A program made the translations under genes and the position numbers. DNA of 64,000 bases from the NCBI GenBank assembly GCA_051530055.1, contig CM121341.1:8534784-8598783 (forward strand), read 5' to 3'. Of this stretch, positions 1 through 9,829 are shown one piece after another (the first letter of the stretch is position 1; the number at the start of each line of letters is the position of its first letter). The DNA is from Neoechinorhynchus agilis (lineage: Eukaryota; Animalia; Acanthocephala). A model generated the notes under the pieces. It was not told where the DNA came from, searched no databases, and was given only the letters and a program-made list of their open reading frames with translations.

Positions 1-13
1 TGCCATCGAACAC

Positions 14-2048
14 CTACAAGACCGCTTGCTGAGTGCGTATCTTCAAAACTCGCTGATGGAGATGTTCGGTGAGGTGCCCGTATTTTGTCCTCCTCTGATA
101 CATTTGCAAGTTATTCGCCCTCCACACTTCAGGGTTTAAAGTTGAGGCATCCGCAAAGTTCAACCCAAACAGAAATTCCTGCATGTTCCGTCCCTCAAAG
201 ACACTCCACTTCGACAGTTGAACTGAGAATGGCCATATCCTCCTTCGCCCACGGCTATGGTCATTGGGCTTCGTCCTCAGCACCTAAAGGATATGATGTC
301 GTTCTCAGTTGGAGATGCAGACCACTCGCTTGCTACCAATCTTTGTCGACTAGTCGACCTTTTCATCGAAGCAAATTTACATCCTCGGGCAGTTGAGTTA
401 TTTTTTGGCGCATCTTTGTGCGCTTTGAACAAAAAGACTAGTGGGATTCGTTTTATCGCCGTTGGCTCTGTTCTACGTCGGCTCGCAAGTAAAATCCTTT
501 GCAAACGTATTGCAGAAGGGATAGGGCAGCAACTTCACCCAGTCCAACTGGGATTCTGCACACCCTGCGGGTCCGAAGCCATTGTCCACGCACTCCGCCA
601 CTTCATCACCAATAGTTCAACGCAGTGTGTGATTTTGAAGTGCGACTTTACAAATGCCTTCAATTCCATTCACCGTGCCGCTCTCAGCGCAGAGCGAAAT
701 CGTCAAAAGTTTTCGAAATCTGGCACCCGGTTTAGAATTGATCACTCTATTCCGGCTGAGTCTTCTAGGGAGTTGCGTTTTTGATTCTAATTTGGAAAAT
801 GAAATCGACCATATACTCCCGAACATCACGATTGGCTCTATTCATGATCAAGAATACCCTCTTCATCCCGAAACTACTTTATAAACTGCGTACGGCTTCC
901 TTCTTCACGCACGTCGATAAGTTAAAGAAGCTCGATGACATTGTGACGGCCTGTCCCGAGCACATTTTAAATATCAAGCTATCAGACGAGGCCCGGCGAC
1001 AAGCTTCATTGCCGGTGTCGTCGGGTGCCTTGGGTATTCGAAAAACAGCAGATGTGTCGTTTTCCGCGTTTTTATGATCATTCGATGGGATTCGGGATCT
1101 GATAAAACGTATATTGGGATCCCAGTTCTGTTTAGCGGACGAATTTCTAGTAGCGGTCCAGGAATTGTGGGAGAAGACGGATTACAACCAAGTTCCCATG
1201 AATGGCCTAAAGCAATCTATCTGGCATAAATCTTTAGTCGCCCGAGCTCATAGTTCTCTAATTTCAGGCTCTCGCGACGAGGTCGACCGGGCTAGATTGC
1301 TGGCAGTCTCTGCAAGAACCGGGAGCATGGTTAGAAGCCTTACTCCGTGGGAACGCTCTTCGTAGACGAAGCAGTTCGGATCGGAGTGTCCCTCAGATTA
1401 GGTCTACCGATTTGTGTCGAACATCGTTGCCAGCGTGGAATGATCGTGGATCCACTGGGGAGACATGGCCTTGTTTGCAACAAATCAGGGGGTCGTTTCT
1501 CACGACATGCTGAAATGAACGACGTAATTTCGTGTGCCCTGAATACGATAAACGTCCCAAACATTATAGAGCCAAGCAAATTGTGCCGACTCGATGGTTG
1601 TCGTCCGGATGACGTCACCGTATTCCCGTGGCTAGAAAGCAAATGTCTTCTCTGGTTCGCCACGTTCGCGGCAAGTAACAGGAGGTTTGTGGTGCAGTCC
1701 CCAGGGGGAGCGGCAACTGCCGCGGAGGACCACAAGGTGGCGAAATATAAAGAATTAAGTGGGTTTCACGTTTTTGTACCCTTTGGAGTGGAGACTCTTG
1801 GTGCGCACGGTAGCTCGGCACTTGGATTTACGAAGGAGTTATCGAGTAGACTCCAGGCCAAGACAGGGGACACAAGAGCTGGTGCCTTCCTGCGCCAAAA
1901 CATTGTGTGGTCGCGATCCAAAGAGGAAACGCAGCGAGTGTGGTCGCGATCACTGAGGGGAGAGTGATGCCTCTTTTTCGTGGACGGTGGTGATTATTGA
2001 AACGTTTTGTTGTTGTGTGTGTAAATGAAAGAGTTGCTTTCAAAAAAA
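14..2048 (+). mobile_element. CRE-like (RLE-type) non-LTR retrotransposon, frameshifted and internally deleted
   Basis: RT motifs (FFGASLCALNKKTSGIRFIAVGSVLRRLASK; VQLGFCTPCGSEAIVH; CDFTNAFNSIHR), then Cys/His knuckle (CVEHRC..HGLVC..FSRH) and restriction-like endonuclease motifs (RPDDVTVFPW; FVPFGVETLG); ends in an A run at ~2048. Confidence 0.85.
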
Positions 2049-2094
2049 ATAAAGATATCAAGCTTTTGGTGTTTAAAATAATCACTTTTTGATC

Positions 2095-2215
2095 GCCTCT
2101 GTACTTTTGGATACCTTCTTTTCGCTATAAAGTTTCTGATTCTCTTATCTATCAACAATAATTGATTAGTAGGGCTTTTTCGGATAAAATCGACGTTTCG
2201 GATAATCGATGTTTC
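2095..2215 (-). repeat. Diverged partial monomer of the ~245-bp repeat (array at 14746-16636), inverted
   Basis: Reverse complement contains AACGTCGATTTTATCCGAAAAAGC and GAGAATCAGAAACTTT...GAAAAGAAGGTAT, shared with the array unit. Confidence 0.65.
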
Positions 2216-2381
2216 ATTGTAAAACAACAACTAACGTTTTTAGGCTGCAAAGCTAAAACATTAAAAATCCGCTTAAAGCTTACAAGTTTCACTAGATATC
2301 TGAGGTGCACATTTTGATGGCTTGTATTTTCCTTGAAATAAAACGTGTCACTAAAGAATTTTTTATTGTCGCCCGTATTCG

Positions 2382-2453
2382 GCGTTGGTGGAGTAATGGA
2401 TAGCATGGTTGCCTTCTAAGCAACCGATCCGGGTTCGAATCACGGCCAACGCA
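2382..2453 (+). tRNA. tRNA gene with tRNA-Gly(TCC)-type body but TCT anticodon (2415-2417)
   Basis: 72-nt cloverleaf: acceptor stem GCGTTGG/CCAACGC with A73; anticodon stem GTTGC/GCAAC, loop CTTCTAA; T-loop TTCGAAT; A and B boxes present; one mismatch each in the D stem (A11-A24) and T stem (G52-A62). Confidence 0.85.
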
Positions 2454-2759
2454 CCTCTCGATTGAACGTCGATCATCGGGTTTCATCAATTCGTAGAATA
2501 AAACCATAAAACAGTTTGAATTTTTCGCGAATTATTCATGGAAGATTGTGTTTATTTAAGCTAGTCAATATTTTTAATGACATTTCATAAATTCAGAATA
2601 ACAAAGATATTCTCTTCTCTTTATTTTAAATTCAAAGGGCCGCAAAGATATTCACTTTCCTATTGACAGGCTGCATCGAGACTAACTCAGAGTTTTCGTG
2701 GATGCGTCTTTTTGCGTTCCCTAGACTAGTGTTTTCCTATGGTGATGTTTCCGAGGGAT

Positions 2760-3180
2760 CCCTGACACAAAAACAAAAGTGCGAATAAGTTCTTTTGACG
2801 AAAATGTTATTAAATGCCTTTCAACAGCATGCGAGCTACGTTAGGAACATGCCCAGGAGCATGACCACCGCCGAAACCCAAATCAGTCGGTTGATGGATG
2901 CGTTCCTTCGAAGTATCATCAATGGACAGTCGATATCCGCATCTCTTTACGAAACCCGTCCGGATCCTCAGATACCTCCCGAGGAGACGGGACTCTTCAA
3001 TGAGTTTCCTCCCCCATTCCCTTGAAGATGCATTGGCACCCCTAAACGACCAATTTGCAGGGCGAAAGTTGATTCCGAAAGCAGTTGAGTAATTTTTCGG
3101 CGCCTCTTTGTGTGGCATCGCAAAAAAGGAAGAGGGGAATCGTAACATTGCCATTACAATGTTCAGTAACCACGTTTCGT
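2760..3180 (+). mobile_element. CRE-like retrotransposon RT N-terminal fragment
   Basis: Reads GRKLIPKAVE*FFGASLCGIAKKEEGNRNIA, homologous to HPRAVELFFGASLCALNKKTSGIRFIA in the copy at 14-2048; stops just before the GC-rich repeat. Confidence 0.65.
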
Positions 3181-6100
3181 TGTCAGAAAGAGGAGCTCAA
3201 CAAAAAAGTTCTTTATGGTCGGTGGTGGAGGCGTCGGTGATGGAGGCATCGGTGCCGTCGGTAATGGAGGCATCGGTGTCGTCGGTGGTGGAGGCATCGG
3301 TGTCGTCGGTGATGGAGGCATCGGTGATGGATGCATCGGTGTCGTCGGTGGTGGAGGCATCGGTGTCGTCGGCGGTGGAGGCGTCGGTGATGGATGCATC
3401 GGTGTCGTCGGTGGTGGAGGCATCGGTGCCGTCGGTGGTGTAGGCATCGGTGTCGTCGGTGGTGGAGGCGTCGGTGATGGATGCATCGGTGTCGTCGGTG
3501 GTGTAGGCATCGGTGTCGTCGGTGGTGGAGGCGTCGGTGATGGATGCATCGGTGTCGTCGGTGGTGGAGGCGTCGGTGATGGATGCATCGGTGTCGTTGG
3601 TGGTGTAGGCATCGGTGCCGTCGGTGGTGTAGGCGTCGGTGATGGAGGCATCGGTGATGGATGCATCGGTGTCGTCGGTGGTGTAGGCATCGGTGCCGTC
3701 GATGGTGTAGGCGTCGGTGATGGAGGCATCGGTGTCGTCGGTGGTGTAGGCAACGGTGTCGTCGGTGGTGTAGGCATCGGTGATGGAGGCATCGGTGCCG
3801 TCGGTGGTGTAGGCATCGGTGTCGTCGGCGGTGGAGGCGTCGGTGATGGATGCATCGGTGTCGTCGGTGGTGGAGGCGTCGGTGATGGATGCATCGGTGT
3901 CGTCGGTGGTGTAGGCATCGGTGTCGTCGGTGATGTAGGCATCGGTGTCGTCGGTGGTGGAGGCGTCGGTGATGGATGCATCGGTGTCGTCGGTGGTGTA
4001 GGCATCGGTGTCGTCGGTGGTGGAGGCATCGGTGCCGTCGGTGGTGTAGGCAACGGTGTCGTCGGTGGTGTAGGCATCGGTGATGGAGGCATCGGTGCCG
4101 TCGGTGGTGTAGGCATCGGTGTCGTCGGCGGTGGAGGCGTCGGTGATGGATGCATCGGTGTCGTCGGTGGTGGAGGCGTCGGTGATGGATGCATCGGTGT
4201 CGTCGGTGGTGTAGGCATTGGTGTCGTCCGTGATGTAGGCATCGGTGTCGTCGGTGGTGGAGGCGTCGGTGATGGATGCATCGGTGTCGTCGGTGGTGTA
4301 GGCATCGGTGTCGTCGGTGGTGTAGACATCGGTGATGGAGGCATCGGTGTCGTCGGTGGTGTAGGCATCGGTGATGGAGGCATCGGTGCCGTCGGTGGTG
4401 TAGGCATCGGTGTCGTCGGTGGTGGAGGCGTCGGTGATGGATGCATCGGTGTCGTCGGTGGTGGAGGCATCGGTGTCGTCGGTGGTGGAGGCATCGGTGT
4501 CGTCGGTGGTGTAGGCATCGGTGATGGAGGCATCGGTGCCGTCGGTGGTGTAGGCATCGGTGTCGTCGGCGGTGGAGGCGTCGGTGATGGATGCATCGGT
4601 GTCGTCGGTGGTGGAGGCATCGGTGTCGTCGGTGGTGGAGGCATCGGTGTCGTCGGTGGTGGAGGCATCGGTGTCGTCGGTGGTGGAGGCATCGGTGTCG
4701 TCGGTGGTGGAGGCGTCGGTGATGGATGCATCGGTGTCGTCGGTGGTGTAGGCATCGGTGTCGTCGGTGATGTAGGCATCGGTGTCGTCGGTGGTGGAGG
4801 CGTCGGTGATGGATGCATCGGTGTCGTCGGTGGTGTAGGCATTGGTGTCGTCGGTGGTGGAGGCATCGGTGTCGTCGGTGGTGGAGGCGTCGGTGATGGA
4901 TGCATCGGTGTCGTCGGTGGTGGAGGCATCGGTGTCGTCGGTGGTGGAGGCGTCGGTGATGGATGCATCGGTGTCGTCGGTGGTGTAGGCATCGGTGATG
5001 GAGGCATCGGTGTCGTCGGTGGTGTAGGCATCGGTGATGGAGGCATCGGTGCCGTCGGTGGTGTAGGCATCGGTGTCGTCGGCGGTGGAGGCGTCGGTGA
5101 TGGATGCATCGGTGTCGTCGGTGGTGGAGGCATCGGTGTCGTCGGTGGTGGAGGCATCGGTGTCGTCGGTGGTGGAGGCATCGGTGTCGTCGGTGGTGGA
5201 GGCGTCGGTGATGGATGCATCGGTGTCGTCGGTGGTGTAGGCATCGGTGTCGTCGGTGGTGTAGGCATCGGTGTCGTCGGTGGTGGAGGCGTCGGTGATG
5301 GATGCATCGGTGTCGTCGGTGGTGTAGGCATCGGTGTCGTCGGTGGTGGAGGCATCGGTGTCGTCGGCGGTGGAGGCGTCGGTGATGGATGCATCGGTGT
5401 CGTTGGTGGTGGAGGCATCGGTGCCGTCGGTGGTGTAGGCATTGGTGTCGTCGGTGGTGGAGACGGCATCGATGTCATCGGTAGTGAAGGCATCGGTGTA
5501 TCGTCCTTTTTGTCGGACTTCTTCAGGTTGTTTCGCCAGTTTGTTGCTTCCGACGAAACGGACGAGATAAGCACCAAGGAACAAATAAAAATTATAGAGA
5601 GCTGCAGATTTCAACTTTGTTGGAGGACCCTCTCGGGGCAGCTTTAGTCGAGGCGTCGATTTGATTCTTTTACCTGAATAAAATTTAAGGTTCTTAAAAA
5701 TAAATTGCGAAAGGACAGCGTGTCCAAATCAACCGTCAATAACATCTCAGATGCCTGAGAACTGATGATCTCACTATTGTTTCTGGGAAAAGATTGAAAT
5801 TATGTTTGACTTTAGTACGACTTCTTTCGCCTGCAAAGCATATATGACTGATTGATTTCTTGGAAAATTTGATCAATGCAGAAATTTACGTTTGAACGAT
5901 TTTAAACTCCGGCTACTAAACGAAATCAAGAGGTATTTAAAGATTGTGCTTCCGAAATATCGGATTTAAAATAAAATCATTGTAATTTCTTTGATATAAA
6001 AAAACCGAAATGAGAAGTAGGAATGGCACTTTTTAATTTTGAGCTAAATATTGATTCTAGGGAAGCACAAAAATGCTTTTAACATTTGACGACAATATCG

Positions 6101-6837
6101 GATTAAGTTCAAAACTTTTTATTTTCCCTTTGAAATTATTTCAACGCTTCACAGATTTGCCCGCATAGTACCTGCTTGTGCCGCTTTCCTTCTTATGAAC
6201 TATTTGCTCTAGAAGAGCCATTTTTGAAGCGCATACATCCAGCGATCTAAGAATCTTCTTTTCCTCGTCACTGAATTCTCCTAAACTTTCTAAAGGCTGA
6301 TTCCGTTCATCCTCTTGAGACATGATGAGATCGTAAGTTTTATCCAGCTTTTTCACAAGTCTCAAAATATCGCACAATTGCTTAGTCCGTACCATTCTTT
6401 GATGATTGATTTTCATCCTTTTAATTGGCTCTACACAATATTGGGAAAGTACTTGAACGTGTTCTCGTGGAATATTAAGTGAAGGCAGCATTTTATTGGC
6501 TTTGTCAACACTTTCATAATGGTCAAGAAGCCGACCGCAATTCTCTGTAAGATGATAGTTTATCCGCAGAAGATATTAGAGTTTCCTAACATCACAAAAA
6601 ATATCAACTGCATTCTATGTCATGATCTAGAATTGTTTCGATTTGGGAAAGTTTGGATAAAGTGTCCTGATCATCATCATTGTCGTCGGTATGGTTATTG
6701 AGTTGGTTCACGTATGAAACTAGGTCAAAATCTATTTCACTGAATGGTTTATTTCACTTAATTTCATTATAGCGATCTAATGAGACTAACTGAATGCTAA
6801 TCTGATCAAGTCTTGTGGAAAGCTCGTCATCACACAT
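3163..6837 (-). CDS. Predicted multi-exon protein: helical N-terminus, one hydrophobic segment, ~780-aa Pro/Thr-rich mucin/extensin-like stalk
   Basis: Frame-consistent model: ATG 6837 directly after TTTTTAG; exons 6837-6760, 6729-6609, 6544-6172, 5782-5674, 5601-3163; three GT-AG introns plus one 30-nt AA-AT intron; hydrophobic FIQLSIIFICSLVLISSV precedes the PTTPMP repeats. Confidence 0.45.
3216..5500. repeat. GC-rich coding-type minisatellite (15-18 bp units, e.g. GGCATCGGTGTCGTCGGTGGTG[G/T]A)
   Basis: ~2.3 kb of in-frame repeats; three ~800-aa stop-free frames (Gly/Val on +; Pro/Thr/Met and Thr/Asp on -). Confidence 0.95.
6730..6759 (-). other. Candidate 30-nt non-canonical intron T|AA...AT|
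   Basis: Removes an in-frame TGA and gives DRYNEI|FDLVSYVNQL. Confidence 0.4.
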
Positions 6838-7462
6838 CTAAAAAGATACGGTAAATTGCAGGGAACGAACGCGAAAAGAAATGCTTTCCAATTTAATGGA
6901 AGCTGAATCTGTACCCTCCTGTGAGTTGAAGAACTTCCAATATCGTGTAATCTTCATTATAACATACAGAAAGGAAATCCAGCCATGAATGAAATTTCAC
7001 TTGCCAATGTCTCTCAAGAAATCTCGTTAATGAGGGTCATCTTCTCTATTCAAAAAAAGAGAACAAAATTGACTAAGGGAGACATTCGGTCAATTTCTCC
7101 CTAGATTTGTTGTTTAGAAGTCTTCATCCGGTAATGAGTTTATTAAAGACGTTCTGAGAACCTCCTAGGGTTCATCCTAAGTTTGCTTCTCAACCGAAGA
7201 TAATGAAACGTTTTCTACTGGGTCGAAGACTTCTAAACAACAAATTTATTTCCGATCAATTTCCCGCTAGAATTTTAATAAATTGTAAAGACGTTGTTCA
7301 TTTTTATGTGTTTTTTGGTGATGAGAGCCTCATTAGTCATTTCTTGAACGGTTTATGACTAATGAGGCGAGGATTCCTTTTTCGAAATATTTCCTAATAA
7401 TAAAGGAATCTTTCAAAAACCACTCAATATTGATTTATTGTTCTCAATATTTCGTTTGTTTG

Positions 7463-7547
7463 GTCGGACTTCTTCAGGTTGCTTGTAAGTTTTGAAATAT
7501 GTTGCTCGTATCTTTAATAACTTATAAGCAACTTGAAGAAGTCCGAC
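7463..7547. repeat. Short inverted-repeat (hairpin) element
   Basis: 22-bp arms GTCGGACTTCTTCAGGTTGCTT / AAGCAACTTGAAGAAGTCCGAC (1 mismatch); the arm sequence recurs at ~5512-5531. Confidence 0.7.
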
Positions 7548-7712
7548 AAAACAAGCCAAATATTTTTGAATTAATGAATCATGAAATGGTTAAAGGTTAA
7601 ACACCAACTTTAATTTCTATGAAATATACTCTGAGACTAGGGCATGGTTAAATTTTACAAGGTCCGTATTGTGTGCCAAAATTAGTCGTCAGAGGTTTTT
7701 AATTAATAAGAT

Positions 7713-9667
7713 TTATTTAAACGTAATATAAGTCAGGAATCCAATCTGCCAAATACCTATAGCGACCACGGCTAATAACCGTACGATGGACGATCGATAG
7801 TTTTGTTTAACACTCTTTGCGTATTCTACAATCGGTGATCGGTACCGCTCGTTTTGGTAACAATATACTTGGTTATAAATACTGGTGGCAACAACACCGA
7901 CTAAATCATCTTCATTCGATTGGATTCCAATAACGGATGTTATAAATTCACACAGTGGGTTCATGTGAGTTCATAAGAATCAAACTCACATAAAGCCACC
8001 AGCGTACGTGATTGTATTTCGCTTTTTTTAACTAAGGAATCAGTGGAACTTTGGTAAATACCAATGGTACCATCCACTTGACCAACAATGATAAATCCAT
8101 CTCGAATGGAGTGTAATGATGTCGCATCAGATCTTATTTCGATCGCAGTCATTTGGAACGTTTCGCAATCAAAACAACCCAAGACCGGTTGTTGGGACCG
8201 TCTACCTCCGAAAACGAGGCCCTGTCGATGGCGAAGTAAGCGCTTTATTCTTAAATTAGACAGGGCATCGCTCGGTGGAGTTCTCGCAATTTAGAATACA
8301 CAAAAAATGGTCAATTTAACCCCTGGAACTGCGTATACTGACAAAGGTCGGTCGTCGACTGATTTCTCAATCGTATGTTAGCCATCTTTATTGTATTTAT
8401 TTTTGTACTTTAGGCGATTGGAACGAAATTTTATTTTGGACCAATATTTCGGACTTTTGTTCCTTCTTAAGGAACGTCCAAACCCCGTAAAGCATTAAAA
8501 TAACGACAATCGAAAATAAAACCTTGTATACTCTACGTTTTTAGGTGATCTAAATTAAGAATTTTAACAAAACGCTAAGAAAATGCAATACTATATTTTG
8601 TGTTTTTGTATAACAGGAAAAAATTGAAGTAATTTATTGAATTTTGCACTTCTATAAAAGATTGTTTAAGTTTTTTATTCGCACCTGAATGTACATTTTG
8701 CTAAACTTGTATGCTGAAAAATCGGATTAAATAAATTATTTCAATTTTCTCCGTCATCCAAAAACACTAACAATCCAATCGTTTAAAAGATTGGTTAGAT
8801 CAGTTATGTGTAGAATGCCGTTTGTTACAAGTCGAGCAGTTGCTTTTAATCTATTTTTGCTCTATACTCTAAAAAATAGTTTCCATAGATGAATCAATAT
8901 TCCAGTTTCCATAGGCGAAGAATATTCCAGTTTGGTCGTCCGCGAAATCAACGAAGCCGAGTGCATATTTGAAGTCTAAAGTAAAATTCCGATTAAAATG
9001 TTGAAAGGATAAACCCGAAAATCACGCTATAAATCCAATTCAAGAACTCCACCATTATTGGACTCGAATCGTCCTCACCTCGCCAAAGAAGACATCCTTT
9101 CTGACTGGCCGATACGAACTGCCTACTCCAAAGCCAACATACAGCATTCACACATACATCATGCTGTTGAACACTCCGAATGGTATCTTTCTCAAATAAA
9201 AATACAGCTCCATTACTCATACCGACCACCAATCTATCGTTATCATCAACATCGGCACACATAATGTAATAATTGCTCTTGCAATTGCTATTCATGGGCA
9301 CCGTATATGATTTTAGCCATTCTACTTTCCAATCAATTTCTCCATCGACTAAAGGCGCGTCTAAACGACAACAACTGATTTCACAACTAGACCTAAGAAC
9401 GTAAAATCCCATCGGATCCTTTAGAAATAATCCAGATTGCATCCACATTGGGCAATCGCCCATGCTGACGGTTTGAACGCGGTAAAGACGACCATCAACA
9501 AACGAATACAACTCCATCCCATTTCCTACACCACTCTTAGACGTACCACCTCCTCCACCTACAATCAATAAGGTAACTTGTGGACTTACTTCCAGAATGA
9601 TTTGGCTATACGGTGGCCAGTCCAGCCCCACCTCATCGGATTTCCTAAAACGAATTCGTTTAGGCAT
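7713..9667 (-). CDS. PREB: PREB/Sec12-like WD40 guanine nucleotide exchange factor with C-terminal TM helix (multi-exon; internal boundaries only partly resolved)
   Basis: LIVGGGGGTSKSGVGNG K-loop motif; WD repeats (LVVGMSNGAVFLF; IIVGQVDGTIGIY; FITSV); C-terminal hydrophobic LLAVVAIGIWQIGFL; coding blocks ~9667-9079, ~8290-8008, 7954-7713. Confidence 0.75.
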
Positions 9668-9829
9668 CTTCAATGAGTTGTCTTTTCGATTAGTGATCTT
9701 TAGATAGAGCATTCGGAATACATCAGCATTGTACCCAGTAGAAAACGTTTTATTAGAGACGTTCTGCGGATCTATTCGGGCGAGAAAACGTAAAAGGAAA
9801 CTGATAATGAATCCGACGAGGTACCCACA

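Noticed and set aside
3197-5647. Thr/Asp (-) and Gly/Val (+) frames of the GC-rich repeat as the main product
   Set aside because: Neither joins the upstream exon chain in phase, whereas the Pro/Thr frame does; not excluded, so kept as an alternative in the finding.
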